From contig CAVSNY010000003.1 in NCBI GenBank assembly GCA_963729605.1, forward strand, positions 160,001 through 224,000: DNA of 64,000 nucleotides, read 5' to 3'. Origin of the DNA: an uncultured Gammaproteobacteria bacterium (GTDB lineage Bacteria; Pseudomonadota; Gammaproteobacteria; DRLM01). The number at the start of each line of letters is the position of its first letter. Positions within the stretch are counted from its first letter, which is position 1. The notes below the pieces were generated by a model, which worked only from the letters and a program-made list of their open reading frames with translations, was not told the origin of the DNA and made no database searches. A program made the position numbers and the translations under genes. Shown one piece after another: positions 20,219 to 29,118 of this stretch.

Positions 20219-21685
20219 GCGGTAGGAGACCGGCAGGCGGACCGAGATCTGGACGTCCGGCGCGTCCTCGGTGATTCCCGCGCCGAGCGACACCGAGAAG
20301 CTGCTGCTTTTACCGACCCGATGCGATGCGCCGAATAACAAGCTGCCGATTTGCAGCGTCTGCGAGCCGGGTATGTTTTCGCCGTTCCGAGTGGTTTTGC
20401 CTACGCTGCTATGGCTATAGCCGAGGCTGAAGGACGCGTTTTGATTGATGGCGAAACCCATGCCGAAACTGAGACCGAACGCGTCGCCGGGATCGATGTT
20501 GCCGGTCTGGGCGTTGACGTCGCGCTCCAGATTCCACAGATAGCTGACATTGCCGAAGAACACCGCCGGGTCGGAAGGCAGGCTGATGGTTAAACTCGGT
20601 TGTATGCCCCAGAAGCCCGAGCCCGTCGGCAGGCTGGTTTGCAAGCCGGTGGCGGGGTCGGTCTTGATTTCGAACGGATCGCTGCCGGTGGTGGATTTTA
20701 CGCGAAGGTTGGCGAGGTAATAGGCCCGGCCCGGTCCGCCGCGGTTGATTTGATAATGCAGACCTAGTTCCGCGTCGCCCAGCCCGTCGCCTTCCACGTT
20801 TACCGTTTCATCTCGATCGGACGGCGAGGCCAGCGGCCGGGTCACGGTGGTATCGCTGCGTGAGACGTAGGGCACGCGGAATTCCATTTCGAAACGGTTG
20901 GTCAGCCCGTAACGAAGGCCCAGTGCGGCATTGACGGTGTTTCTGTTGACCGCGCGCACGTCGATCGCGCCGATGGTGATGGAGGGAATGACGGTGAAAC
21001 CTTCCAGCGCCACCCGCGTCACGCTCGAGTGGGTGTATTGCAGGGACGGTTCCACCACCAAAGTTCCCTGCGGTGTGAGTATGCCGTGTTGCTCGAGAAT
21101 GTCCGCGACCTGTTTCTGGCGGGTCTTTTCCTCGGGAGGCGCTTGCCCCACCGGCTCGCTGGGCGCTTCCTCGCGGGACACCGCCGGCTTGGGTGGCTGC
21201 GGCGGCGGGGCGGGCGGAGGCGCGGCGGGTTGAGGGGCAGGCTGCGGCGCGGGCGCCGGAATGGGCGCTGGAATGGGCGGCGTCGCGGCGGGTTCCGTCG
21301 GCGCGGGGATGGGCGCGATGGGCGGTTGCGCCAGTTCTTCGATCTGCAGGCGCAAACTGTCTAGGCGATTCTTTTGCTCTTCATAAATGCGCTGTTGTTC
21401 TTGAATCTGCTCGGATTGTCTTTGCAGCTTCTGTTGCTGTTCCAGCATGCGCTTCTGCTGCTCTTCCAATGCACGCTCAACGGTCTTCTCTTTTTCGGCC
21501 AACCGTTTTCTCTCGAGGTTGAATTTCTCGATTTCCTCCAGTAATTGCTCGGGAGAACTGGCCGGTGGCAGGGCGTTACCCTCTTGCGCGAAACCGGCCG
21601 ATGTGTCCGTCAACGCCCAGATTAAAAATAAAAACGGTAGCGCCTTGTCGCAGGCGCTACCACGGGTTGAGGGATTTTTTCGCAC
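20210..21685 (-). CDS. fapF: FapF-like outer-membrane beta-barrel exporter with N-terminal coiled coil and Pro-rich linker
   Basis: Signal peptide, Q/E-rich coiled coil, PAP linker, then [44 protein letters not shown] barrel motifs; last gene of C39-containing operon. Confidence 0.75.
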   Translation of the reverse strand: MRKNPSTRGSACDKALPFLFLIWALTDTSAGFAQEGNALPPASSPEQLLEEIEKFNLERKRLAEKEKTVERALEEQQKRMLEQQQKLQRQSEQIQEQQRIYEEQKNRLDSLRLQIEELAQPPIAPIPAPTEPAATPPIPAPIPAPAPQPAPQPAAPPPAPPPQPPKPAVSREEAPSEPVGQAPPEEKTRQKQVADILEQHGILTPQGTLVVEPSLQYTHSSVTRVALEGFTVIPSITIGAIDVRAVNRNTVNAALGLRYGLTNRFEMEFRVPYVSRSDTTVTRPLASPSDRDETVNVEGDGLGDAELGLHYQINRGGPGRAYYLANLRVKSTTGSDPFEIKTDPATGLQTSLPTGSGFWGIQPSLTISLPSDPAVFFGNVSYLWNLERDVNAQTGNIDPGDAFGLSFGMGFAINQNASFSLGYSHSSVGKTTRNGENIPGSQTLQIGSLLFGASHRVGKSSSFSVSLGAGITEDAPDVQISVRLPVSYRLY

Positions 21686-21713
21686 AAAAGCTACAATGAT
21701 CTTTTATATAAAA

Positions 21714-22130
21714 TTAGCGCTTGGTGATGGCTTCATTGCCGCTGCGTCCACCGAAGCGGCCGCGGATTTCCTCATAACGTTGGCGTTGTTCGGCATAAGC
21801 GCGTTTTTGCTCGGAAAGCTGCCGCTCGAAATCCTCCAATGAACGCCGTTGAGTGTCCAGCGTGCGCTCGTGATCGACCAGGTAGGTGGCCAGCTGCTTT
21901 TCGCGCTCGTCGAGCTTTTTCCGTTCGGCGGCGAGGGCTTCGAGTTCTTCTTGAAGCGACCGTTGTTTCACGAACAATTCGCCGGTCTGCTCGGTGATGG
22001 CCTGATTTAATTTCTTTAATGCATCCGGCGAGGTTTCCGTTCCTGCATCGGCGGCGTGGACGGGATTGAGCGTCCATGCGGCGGTCAGCAACAACACGGC
22101 GGTCATATTAATACGTAAATAATTATTCAT
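21714..22130 (-). CDS. Secreted coiled-coil hypothetical protein
   Basis: GGAG RBS before ATG 22130; signal peptide ending VHA-A; uninterrupted heptad helix ending YEEIRGRFGG. Confidence 0.7.
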   Translation of the reverse strand: MNNYLRINMTAVLLLTAAWTLNPVHAADAGTETSPDALKKLNQAITEQTGELFVKQRSLQEELEALAAERKKLDEREKQLATYLVDHERTLDTQRRSLEDFERQLSEQKRAYAEQRQRYEEIRGRFGGRSGNEAITKR

Positions 22131-22199
22131 ACCATTCTCCTCAACGATGCGAAGCACTACGAATGTATGGTTGGGCACCACAATTCGCTGATTTTAACT

Positions 22200-22733
22200 T
22201 TAAAACAATGAATTCAATAATTGATCGTTTATTGTATGTCCCAACGAGCCAAAGGGCGTGGTCGGTAAATTTTTAATGTCGATGTTGAGCACAGTTAAAT
22301 TATGCAGCGTCTGATGGTCAAGGCTGTTTTGCAGTAAGGTTAAATATCCCGCGACCGGTAATGAAAGTGCCGGGGCGGGAGCCAGGTTTCCTTCACCGGA
22401 TTGGATTATCCTTATCGGTTGAATGTCGCTGACGAGCTTGGCGGCATTACGGTGATCGAGCCGGGAGATATCCAGCGCAAGTTTGGTTTGCAGTATGCCG
22501 TTTATGAAGGCGGCTTGCTCATAACCTATGGTGATTTCAATGCCATCGGCGGTCATGAAACCGCCGCGCAAACCGGCCATTTCTTCCTGGCTGAGCGGCA
22601 TGAATTCGGTAAGCGGGTCGCCGAGTAAGGTTCCGGCGCGCGCCGTATTCAGGGTCATGGCCAGGGGTATGGCAATAAACACCAAGCTGAGCAGGCGGAC
22701 AAAGACCGAAGTTGGGTGCATTTTAAAACTCAT
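22200..22733 (-). CDS. fapE: FapE-like secreted accessory protein
   Basis: Signal peptide; LSQEEMAGLRGGF motif; IIQSGEGN and LQNSLDHQTL. Confidence 0.65.
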   Translation of the reverse strand: MSFKMHPTSVFVRLLSLVFIAIPLAMTLNTARAGTLLGDPLTEFMPLSQEEMAGLRGGFMTADGIEITIGYEQAAFINGILQTKLALDISRLDHRNAAKLVSDIQPIRIIQSGEGNLAPAPALSLPVAGYLTLLQNSLDHQTLHNLTVLNIDIKNLPTTPFGSLGHTINDQLLNSLF

Positions 22734-23451
22734 TTGCCCCCCTGAAGAATAAGGTCATGTCGGCAAGCATATTGCGATCGACCGCCATATCTATCGGCGC
22801 GCCGGTGGCCGCGTACCATTCTTCGCGGCCATTGAAATATTTGACGGCGATGTTGCGCTTGGAACGGACCAAGAACACGATGCCATTCCATATATTCTTG
22901 AACTCGGTGCGGGGAATTAATTTTATGCCCCGGGAAGGATCGCCAACCAATATATGTTGATCATTGATGCCTTTTATGACGACGAAATGATTGTAGCCGT
23001 CGCTGTTGATAAGGACGATGGCGGGGACGCCGATCCCTGATAATTTTTCGAGGGGCAGACGAAAACCGTCCGCTCGATAGCCGTTGGCCTCCAGATAATT
23101 TTTCATATCCAGCAGTGAGAAACCTTCTTTTTTGATTTTTTCTTTGTTTCCACTGTTATACATGGATAAAAAAACATCCCGTTCCGAAACGGGATGTTCG
23201 TAATGGTAAGTAAGCAATGTCGCAAGCGCGGCGGAACCGCAGCTGAAATCGTATTTCTGTTTAATGGTTTTAAGAAAAGAACGTTCTTGAAAGCTCTTGA
23301 CCGGCAAGGTTAGCGAGGCTTCGGAAGAACGCAGTATGACTTCGCCCGCATGAAGCGGCTTTATCAATAAGACCAACGCCAATCCCACAATAATAAACGA
23401 TACCATTGGAAAGATGGCGCGTTTCGAGGATGTTGCGGGTCCGGTCATCAC
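22723..23451 (-). CDS. fapD: Stand-alone exported C39-family cysteine peptidase (FapD-like)
   Basis: KQKYDFSCGSAALATLL (Cys), GFSLLDMK, YNHFVV (His), GDPSRG (Asp); signal peptide; no ABC transporter domain. Confidence 0.88.
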   Translation of the reverse strand: MMTGPATSSKRAIFPMVSFIIVGLALVLLIKPLHAGEVILRSSEASLTLPVKSFQERSFLKTIKQKYDFSCGSAALATLLTYHYEHPVSERDVFLSMYNSGNKEKIKKEGFSLLDMKNYLEANGYRADGFRLPLEKLSGIGVPAIVLINSDGYNHFVVIKGINDQHILVGDPSRGIKLIPRTEFKNIWNGIVFLVRSKRNIAVKYFNGREEWYAATGAPIDMAVDRNMLADMTLFFRGANEF

Positions 23452-23828
23452 TGTTGTTTCTCGAGCGTCAGGTTGACGATGGTGGAATTTTGAATGATCA
23501 CATGATTTCCAGAATTCTGAATAACGGTGGCAAAGCCGCTGCTGTTGCTGAATGAATCATTGCTTACCGTATTGTTGCCGTTAGTGGTGCCGGTGACGAT
23601 GTTGCCGCTCATTTTGGCATTCATTTCTGAATCGTTGATGGTAAACCATTCAGTTACGCCTTGGGCGCGTTCGCCGTCCAGTTCATGCGAAGTTAATTTG
23701 TCTTGACTATCCAGCGTTGAATCCACTTCTCCGAGGTCACCCGCCTTGCTTGGCATGCAGAATGCGGCGGCCGCCAGGCTGAGCAGCAGGGGATGGACAA
23801 AACTATTGGTTCTAGCCTTCTTTGGCAT
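23448..23828 (-). CDS. Small secreted Fap-like subunit (candidate nucleator)
   Basis: Signal peptide; LTSHELDGERA; C-terminal NTVSNDSFSNSSGFATVIQNSGNHVIIQN repeat shared with the large subunit. Confidence 0.7.
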   Translation of the reverse strand: MPKKARTNSFVHPLLLSLAAAAFCMPSKAGDLGEVDSTLDSQDKLTSHELDGERAQGVTEWFTINDSEMNAKMSGNIVTGTTNGNNTVSNDSFSNSSGFATVIQNSGNHVIIQNSTIVNLTLEKQQ

Positions 23829-23857
23829 TGTTATATCCCGATATGTAAGTCCGTTTT

Positions 23858-23897
23858 AAAAGTGCCTGTGGACGGCGTACCACGCCGCCCACAGGCA
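23858..23897 (-). terminator. Intra-operon hairpin followed by ACTTTT (terminator or mRNA stabiliser)
   Basis: Minus strand TGCCTGTGGGCGGCGT-GGT-ACGCCGTCCACAGGCA-CTTTT directly after the large subunit stop. Confidence 0.65.
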
Positions 23898-23915
23898 GAC
23901 CCCAATCAATATTGC

Positions 23916-26006
23916 TTATTGACCATTCACGTTCGCTTGAATCGTGAAGTTTTGTTGGATTTCACTATTGGCACCGCTGTTCTGAGCGACTTGAGAAATG
24001 CCATTCACATTCGAGAATGATCCGTTGTCGATCGTATTGCTGGTGTTCGCTGTGTAGTCTCCGTTACCCATGGTTACGCTATTGTTGGACACAGTAGCAG
24101 CAAGCGTACTCTGAGCAACCGCGATATCCATATCGGAGATATTGATCTCCGTGCTGCTGTCGCTGTTGTTGGAGTCGTTGGTGCTGTTGTTGTTATTGGA
24201 GTCGGCGACGTTAGTGCTGTTGTCGCTGTTATCACTGTTGTCACTGTTGTCGCTGTTGTCGTTATTGGAATCCGCGGTGTTGATGCTGTTGTCGTTATTG
24301 GAATCCGCGGTGTTGATGCTGTTGTCGTTATTGGAATCCGCGGTGTTGATGCTGTTGTCGTTGTTGGAATCCGCGGTGTTGGTGTTGGTGCTGTTGTTTG
24401 AGTTGTCCGAGTTGTCGCTCAGATCATTCCCATTTCCGGAATCAGTGACCAAGATGCCACTGTTGCCAGAATTGCCGTTGGTGCTGTTGTTGCTGTTATC
24501 GTTATTGGAGTCAGCGGTGTTGATGCTGTTGTCGTTATTGGAGTCAGCGGTATTGTTGGAATTAGTCGTATTGTTGGAATCAGCGGTGTTAGTGCTGTTA
24601 TCGGAATTGTCCGAGTTGTCGCTCAGATCATTCCCATTTCCAGAATCCGTGACCAGAATGCCGCTGTTGCCAGAATTGCCATTGGTGCTGTTGTCGTTGT
24701 TGGAATCAGCGGTATTGTTGGAATTAGTCGTATTGTTGGAATCAGCGGTGTTAGTGCTGTTGTCGGAATTGTCCGAGTTGTCGCTCAGATCATTCCCATT
24801 TCCAGAATCAGTGACCAAGATTCCGCTGTTGCCAGAATTACCGTCGGTGCTGTTATCGTTATTGGAGTCAGCGACGTTAGTGCTGTTGTCGCTGTTGTCA
24901 CTGTTGTCGTTATTGGAGTCCGCGGTGTTGGTGCTGGAATCGTTGTTGGAATCGGCGGTGTTGATGCTGTTGTCAGAGTTATCCGAATTGTCGCTGTTGT
25001 CGGAATTATCGCTCAGGTCGTTACCGTTGCCGGAATCCGTGACCAAGATACCGCTGTTGTTGGCATTGCCGTCAGCCGCGACGCTGTTGTCACTATTGTT
25101 GGAGTTGTCGCTGTTGTCGTTGTTGGAATCGGCGGTGTTGATGCTGTTGTCCGAGTTGTCCGAGTTATCCGAATTGTCGCTGTTGTCGGAATTATCGCTC
25201 AGGTCGTTGCCGTTGCCGGAATCCGTGACCAAGATACCGCTGTTGTTGGCATTGCCGTCAGCCGCGACGCTGTTGTCGCTGTTGTCGTTGTTGGAGTCCG
25301 CGGTGTTGGTGCTGGAATCGTTGTTGGAATCTGCTGTGTTAGTGCTGTTGTCCGAGTTATTCGAATTGTCGCTGTTGTCGGAATTGTCTCTCAGGTCGTT
25401 GCCGTTGCCGGAATCCGTGATCAAGATGCCGCTGTTGCCGGCATTGCCGTCGGCCGCGATGCTGTTGTCGCTGTTGTCGTTGTTGGAGTCCGCGGTGTTG
25501 GTGCTGGAATCGTTGTTGGAATCTGCGGTGTTGGTGCTGTTATTGGTGTTGTCGGTGCTGTTGTCGGAGTTGTCGGAGTTGTTTGAATTGTCGCTCAGGT
25601 CGTTGCCGTTACCGGAATCCGTGACCAAGATGCCGCTGTTACCGGCATTGCCGTCGGCCGCGATGCTGTTGTCGCTGTTGTCGTTGTTGGAGTCCGCGGT
25701 GTTGGTGCTGGAATCGTTGTTGGAATCTGCTGTGTTGGTGCTGTTGTTGGTGTTGTCGGTGCTGTTGTCATTATTGCTGTTGGCAGTGCTGTTATCGCTG
25801 TTATCCGAGCTATTTGAATTGTCTGAATTATTGGAGTTGTCTGAATTGTCGCTCAAGTCGTTGCCGTTGCCGGAATCATTAACGCTTACCGCGACGGAAT
25901 TATCGTTGGCGGACGAGGCGCCGTTATTGGATGTGGAGTCCGCCCAGGCCGGTGCAGAAAGGCCTAAGGCGAAGGTTACTGCTACAACTATAAGTTTCTT
26001 GTCCAT
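23916..26006 (-). CDS. Large secreted Ser/Asp/Asn-repeat protein with C-terminal Fap-like repeat (putative major fibre subunit)
   Basis: AGGAG RBS before ATG 26006; signal peptide ending AWA-D; eight DSGNGNDL-anchored units plus (SDN)n and NTADSNND sub-repeats; C-terminal SFSNVNGISQVAQNSGANSEIQQN. Confidence 0.8.
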   Translation of the reverse strand: MDKKLIVVAVTFALGLSAPAWADSTSNNGASSANDNSVAVSVNDSGNGNDLSDNSDNSNNSDNSNSSDNSDNSTANSNNDNSTDNTNNSTNTADSNNDSSTNTADSNNDNSDNSIAADGNAGNSGILVTDSGNGNDLSDNSNNSDNSDNSTDNTNNSTNTADSNNDSSTNTADSNNDNSDNSIAADGNAGNSGILITDSGNGNDLRDNSDNSDNSNNSDNSTNTADSNNDSSTNTADSNNDNSDNSVAADGNANNSGILVTDSGNGNDLSDNSDNSDNSDNSDNSDNSINTADSNNDNSDNSNNSDNSVAADGNANNSGILVTDSGNGNDLSDNSDNSDNSDNSDNSINTADSNNDSSTNTADSNNDNSDNSDNSTNVADSNNDNSTDGNSGNSGILVTDSGNGNDLSDNSDNSDNSTNTADSNNTTNSNNTADSNNDNSTNGNSGNSGILVTDSGNGNDLSDNSDNSDNSTNTADSNNTTNSNNTADSNNDNSINTADSNNDNSNNSTNGNSGNSGILVTDSGNGNDLSDNSDNSNNSTNTNTADSNNDNSINTADSNNDNSINTADSNNDNSINTADSNNDNSDNSDNSDNSDNSTNVADSNNNNSTNDSNNSDSSTEINISDMDIAVAQSTLAATVSNNSVTMGNGDYTANTSNTIDNGSFSNVNGISQVAQNSGANSEIQQNFTIQANVNGQ

Positions 26007-26124
26007 GATGCTCTCCTGAGTTGTTATCATTGCGTCCGCAATCGATTTCGTTGCGAGCGATTACTAGCAGTCGGGCGTCTTTTACGGCATAACCCCCCTA
26101 TCGCGCGTGCGATAGTGTGCGCGG

Positions 26125-26140
26125 TGCAATTCATACGCCA
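26125..26140 (-). promoter_or_regulatory. Sigma-54 (-24/-12) promoter of the Fap-like operon
   Basis: Minus strand TGGCGT-ATGAA-TTGCA matches TGGCAC-N5-TTGC spacing; about 120 bp upstream of the start. Confidence 0.7.
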
Positions 26141-26440
26141 TCTTTAATAGTTTTCTGTAAGCTTATGAATGAGTAATTCTTTGAGGTGTTGATTTGTGCG
26201 ATCATTCACGGGTATTGAAAAGAATCTCGACGATCAAGACGGATTGAAGCGTAGGGGTTTCTACTCATTCTCATTTTTTACTTAATTAGCAAGACGTTGA
26301 ATTGATGTGGCTTATATGTCTTCAAGCGAGCTTATGATGTTGTAAATATTTTCGACATGACGTAGACCGTCCCTGAAAACCCGCCATATCAGCCGAGGTG
26401 TTTTAAGTCATTCAAATTTATTTTTTAATTTTTGAAAATG

Positions 26441-26468
26441 AACGGGGCAATTATCGTATTGCCCGTTT
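26441..26468 (-). terminator. Probable queG terminator hairpin
   Basis: aacggggcaat-tatcgt-attgcccgtt inverted repeat with T-rich tail on the minus strand. Confidence 0.5.
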
Positions 26469-26517
26469 AAGCGACTAATGAGCTTTCCTGTGTCCTCAAG
26501 AGAATGTCTCTCAACAG

Positions 26518-27605
26518 TTAAATATGTTGTTCGAGCGCCCACATCACGTGTTCGCGCACGAGTTGGGAAGGATGGGAGAGACGTTGCCGCAGGGCGTGGA
26601 CGAGGTTTTCGCTGGTGGGGGCATTGCCCAGGGCCACGGCGATATTGCGCAGCCAGCTCAGGTGGCCGATGCGGCGGATGGCGCTGCCTTCGGTACGTTT
26701 GAGGAATTCTTCTTCAGTCCATGCGAATAAATCGATAAGGCTTGGTGCGTCGAGTTGGTGGCGGGTGAGAAAGTCGTCTTCGGCGCTCAGCCGCGCGAAG
26801 CGGTTCCATGGGCAGACCAATTGGCAATCGTCGCAACCGTAGATGCGGTTGCCGAGCATGGCGCGGAATTCCACGGGGATGCTGCCGCGCAATTCAATGG
26901 TGAGATACGAGATGCAGCGGCGGGCATCGAGCTGGTAGGGGCCGATGATGGCCGGGTCGGGCAGATGTCGATACAGGCGCGGCAGGTGCCGCAGTGGTTG
27001 ACGCCGGTGCGTCGACCGGCAGCGGCAGGTCGGTGTAGATCTCGCCGAGGAAAAACCAGGAGCCGGCGCCGCGGTTGATGCAGATTGGTATGTTTGCCGA
27101 TCCAGCCCAGCCCCGCCTTCTCGGCGATGGCCTTTTCCAGGACCGGCGCGCTATCGACGAAGACCCGATAACCGAACGGCACCGATCGCCGCTGCGATTT
27201 TGCGTCGCCAGTTGTTGCAGCCGCTGCCGCAGCACTTTGTGATAGTCGCGCCCGAGGGCGTAGCGCGAGACGTAGCCCAGGTGCGGGTCGCGCCAGCACG
27301 TCGTCCGGCTGGCGTGCTGTCGGGAGGCAGATAGTCCATTCGCGCGGAGATGACCCGCAAGGTATTCTCGGCACCAGTTCGGCGGGGCGGCTGCGTTTAC
27401 TGCCGTGCCGGGCCATGTAGTCCATTTCGCCGTGGTGACCGGCCGCCAGCCAGGTTTGCAGATGGGCCTCGTGGTCGTCGAGTTCGGTGTCGGTGATGCC
27501 GAGTTGCTGAAAGCCGAGTTCCTCGCCCCAGCGTTTGATGTCGGCGGCGAGTTGCGCCCAATCGGCGGGTGATGTTGGTGTGGTGCTCTGTCGCGGGTCT
27601 GGCAT
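26518..27605 (-). pseudogene. queG: Epoxyqueuosine reductase QueG, split by about 5-6 frameshifts
   Basis: Motifs RVISARMDY, SRYALGRDYHK, VDSAPVLEK, GSWFFLGE, CGTCRACIDICPT, IYGCDDCQLVCPWN fall in alternating frames. Confidence 0.85.
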
Positions 27606-27624
27606 AGCCGTTATGATAGCCGCC

Positions 27625-29118
27625 ATGCGAGATTTACCCCAGGCCCTTTATACCGCGCAGGCCGTGCGCGAACTCGATCGCCTCGCGATCGAGCAATACG
27701 GCATTGCCGGTTTGACGTTGATGACCCGCGCCGGCGAGGCGGTGTTCCGCGAACTGCGCCGGTGTTGGCCGCGGGCGCGGCGGGTGGCGGTGGTGTGCGG
27801 CGCGGGCAATAACGGCGGCGACGGTTTCGTGGTGGCGCGACTGATTTACGAGGCGGGTCTGTCGGTGACGGTGAGTTTGCTGGGCGACGCGGCGCAACTT
27901 AAAGGCGACGCGCGCCTGGCCTATGAAGCCATGACCGCGGCGGGTTTGAACGCCGAGCTATTTTCAGCGGAGTCTCTGCGCCAGGCCGACGTGGTGGTGG
28001 ATGCGTTGTTCGGCACCGGTTTGGACCGCGAGCCGCGCGGCCTTTATCTCGAGGCGATCACCGCCATCAATAACAGCGCTGTGCCGGTGATCGCGGTGGA
28101 CATCCCCTCCGGCTTGCACGCGAATACCGGCGCGGTGTTGGGCGCGGCGGTGCAGGCTCGCGTTACCGTGAGTTTTATCGGGCTCAAGCAGGGTTTGTTC
28201 ACCGGTGAGGGGCCCGCGCGATGCGGTGAGATCGTCTTTGACGATTTAGCGATATCGCCGGAAGCTTACAACCACATAGCGCCCACCGCTTTGCTCACTA
28301 ATGATGATGAACTGGCGGCCCGCCTGCCGCGCCGTGACCGCACCGCGCACAAAGGCCGTCACGGCCATGTGTTGATCGTCGGCGGCGATGCCGGCATGGC
28401 GGGCGCGGCGCGGATGGCGGCGCAGGCGGCGGCGCGGGTCGGCGCCGGCCTGGTCAGCATCGCCACCCATCCTCGACATGCCGCGTTTTGCGCGACCGTC
28501 CAACCGGAGATCATGTGTCACGCCGTGGCGGACGGCCATGACTTGCGGCCGTTATTGCAGCGCGCCGGTGTGGTGGCGGTGGGGCCGGGTTTGGGCACCG
28601 CCGCCTGGGGCAAGGGATTGTTCGACACGGTGCTCGATAGTGGTTTGCCGTTGGTGGTGGACGCCGACGCCTTGAACCTCTTGGCTCAAGATCCCGCGCG
28701 GCGGAAAAACTGGGTATTGACGCCCCATCCCGGCGAGGCGGCCCGTTTATTGGAAATGAGCGTGGCCGAAATCCAGTCGGATCGGTTTACTGCCGTGCGC
28801 GCATTGGCCGCGCGTTATGACGGCGTGGCGGTATTGAAAGGCGCGGGCAGTTTGATCGCCGGCACCACCGGGCCGGTGGCGGTGTGCGCCGCGGGCAATC
28901 CTGGCATGGCGACGGGCGGCATGGGCGATGTGCTCACCGGCGTGATCGCCGGACTCGTCGCGCAAGGGCTGGGTTTGCCGGAGGCGGCGCGGCTGGGTGT
29001 GCATCTCCATGCCCGCGCCGGTGATGCCGCCGCCCGCGGCGGCGAGCGCGGCATGCTGGCGACGGATCTGTTGCCGGAACTGCGTTACTGGGTGAACCCG
29101 GATTTATGGAACGGCTGA
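27625..29118 (+). CDS. nnr: Bifunctional NAD(P)HX epimerase/dehydratase
   Basis: CGAGNNGGDG, VDALFGTG, VDIPSG, HKG, GPGLG, TPHPGE, GGMGDVL. Confidence 0.95.
   Translation: MRDLPQALYTAQAVRELDRLAIEQYGIAGLTLMTRAGEAVFRELRRCWPRARRVAVVCGAGNNGGDGFVVARLIYEAGLSVTVSLLGDAAQLKGDARLAYEAMTAAGLNAELFSAESLRQADVVVDALFGTGLDREPRGLYLEAITAINNSAVPVIAVDIPSGLHANTGAVLGAAVQARVTVSFIGLKQGLFTGEGPARCGEIVFDDLAISPEAYNHIAPTALLTNDDELAARLPRRDRTAHKGRHGHVLIVGGDAGMAGAARMAAQAAARVGAGLVSIATHPRHAAFCATVQPEIMCHAVADGHDLRPLLQRAGVVAVGPGLGTAAWGKGLFDTVLDSGLPLVVDADALNLLAQDPARRKNWVLTPHPGEAARLLEMSVAEIQSDRFTAVRALAARYDGVAVLKGAGSLIAGTTGPVAVCAAGNPGMATGGMGDVLTGVIAGLVAQGLGLPEAARLGVHLHARAGDAAARGGERGMLATDLLPELRYWVNPDLWNG

Noticed and set aside
24140-25900. 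Possible CRISPR array or non-coding satellite
   Set aside because: Repeats are in-frame multiples of 3 with synonymous variation, have no unique spacers, and no cas genes are present
24142-26019. 625-aa Leu/Ser/Glu/Val-rich ORF on the + strand
   Set aside because: In-register antisense shadow of the Asn/Asp/Ser codons of the real gene; no RBS, TTG start, stop-free only because of composition
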